64,000 bases of DNA, from assembly GCF_030144855.1 (NCBI RefSeq), contig NC_082730.1:3720001-3784000 (forward strand). The letters run 5' to 3'. This DNA comes from Hypanus sabinus (taxonomy: Eukaryota). The position numbers were made by a program, and so were the translations under genes. Positions 63,520-64,000 of this stretch are shown here, one piece after another; within the stretch, counting starts at the first letter, position 1, and the number at the start of each line of letters is the position of its first letter. The notes under the pieces were generated by a model. The model searched no databases and was not told the DNA's origin. It saw only the letters and a program-made list of their open reading frames with translations.

Positions 63520-64000
63520 CCTCGGGAAAAACCTCGGAGGAAGCGTGAGTGAAGATCAGGATTACAAATGTGATTAAGGAAACGGGGTTTTAAACTCCCC
63601 ATATCGACGGTCTTGCTAGTGAGTCTCTGGTGAATAAAATCGATGATCTCAGAGCCAGGGTGCTGAATCAGAGGGACAGTAGGACCGCGTGTGTCCTTTG
63701 TATCACGGAATCCTGGTTAACCCCTCCAGTACCGGATGCAGCGAGCCAAATCGACAGTCCCTCAAAAGCAGAGGTGGCGGAGTATGCCTCATGATCAATT
63801 CTTCTTGGTGCACAAATGTATCAGTGCTGTCCCAATTCTGCTCTCCATTCCTGGAATGTCTAGCAGCAAAATGCCGTCCTTTTCACCTACCACAGATGTT
63901 CTCCGGGGTCATTCTGGTAACAGTTTACATTCCACCTCAGGCCAATGTCAAGCAGGCTTTAGATGATCTGAGCAATGGGATCAACATACACGATACAGCG
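63520..64000 (+). mobile_element. Rex1/Babar-type LINE 5' portion (APE), runs off the window
   Basis: SLVNKIDDLRARVLNQRD...CVLCITESWLTP. Confidence 0.8.

Overview
Repeat-dense vertebrate genomic DNA, most likely a cartilaginous fish (inferred from CR1 and Rex/Babar LINEs, an HE1/V-SINE-like SINE and ray-type minisatellites). Almost all long ORFs are decayed retroelement coding regions or low-complexity artefacts. The centre is a nested stack. A ~41-bp minisatellite carries an LTR-type insertion (35106-36059, spanning a 255-N gap) and, 7 bp away, a Gmr1-type Gypsy element (36071-50864, PR-INT-RT-RH order). The Gypsy gag is interrupted by an 8.65-kb class I (gamma/epsilon-like) endogenous retrovirus on the minus strand (37172-45825, TSD AACT). 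That provirus has an in-frame integrase-to-env-TM deletion fusion, a 118-bp fold-back palindrome in env, non-canonical TA...CA LTR ends and a candidate UGA read-through signal. At least nine minimal type I hammerhead ribozyme motifs lie in Penelope-like element (PLE) 3' ends, two with fully intact cores; some PLE ends form outward-facing inverted pairs next to GIY-YIG remnants. Host-gene material is limited to an RPL35A processed pseudogene, one intact CD2/SLAM-like Ig V exon (62893-63213) with an inverted copy of its own 3' end and donor just upstream, and a few tentative exons. All alignments and mismatch counts were done by eye; family assignments rely on recalled motifs, not database searches.
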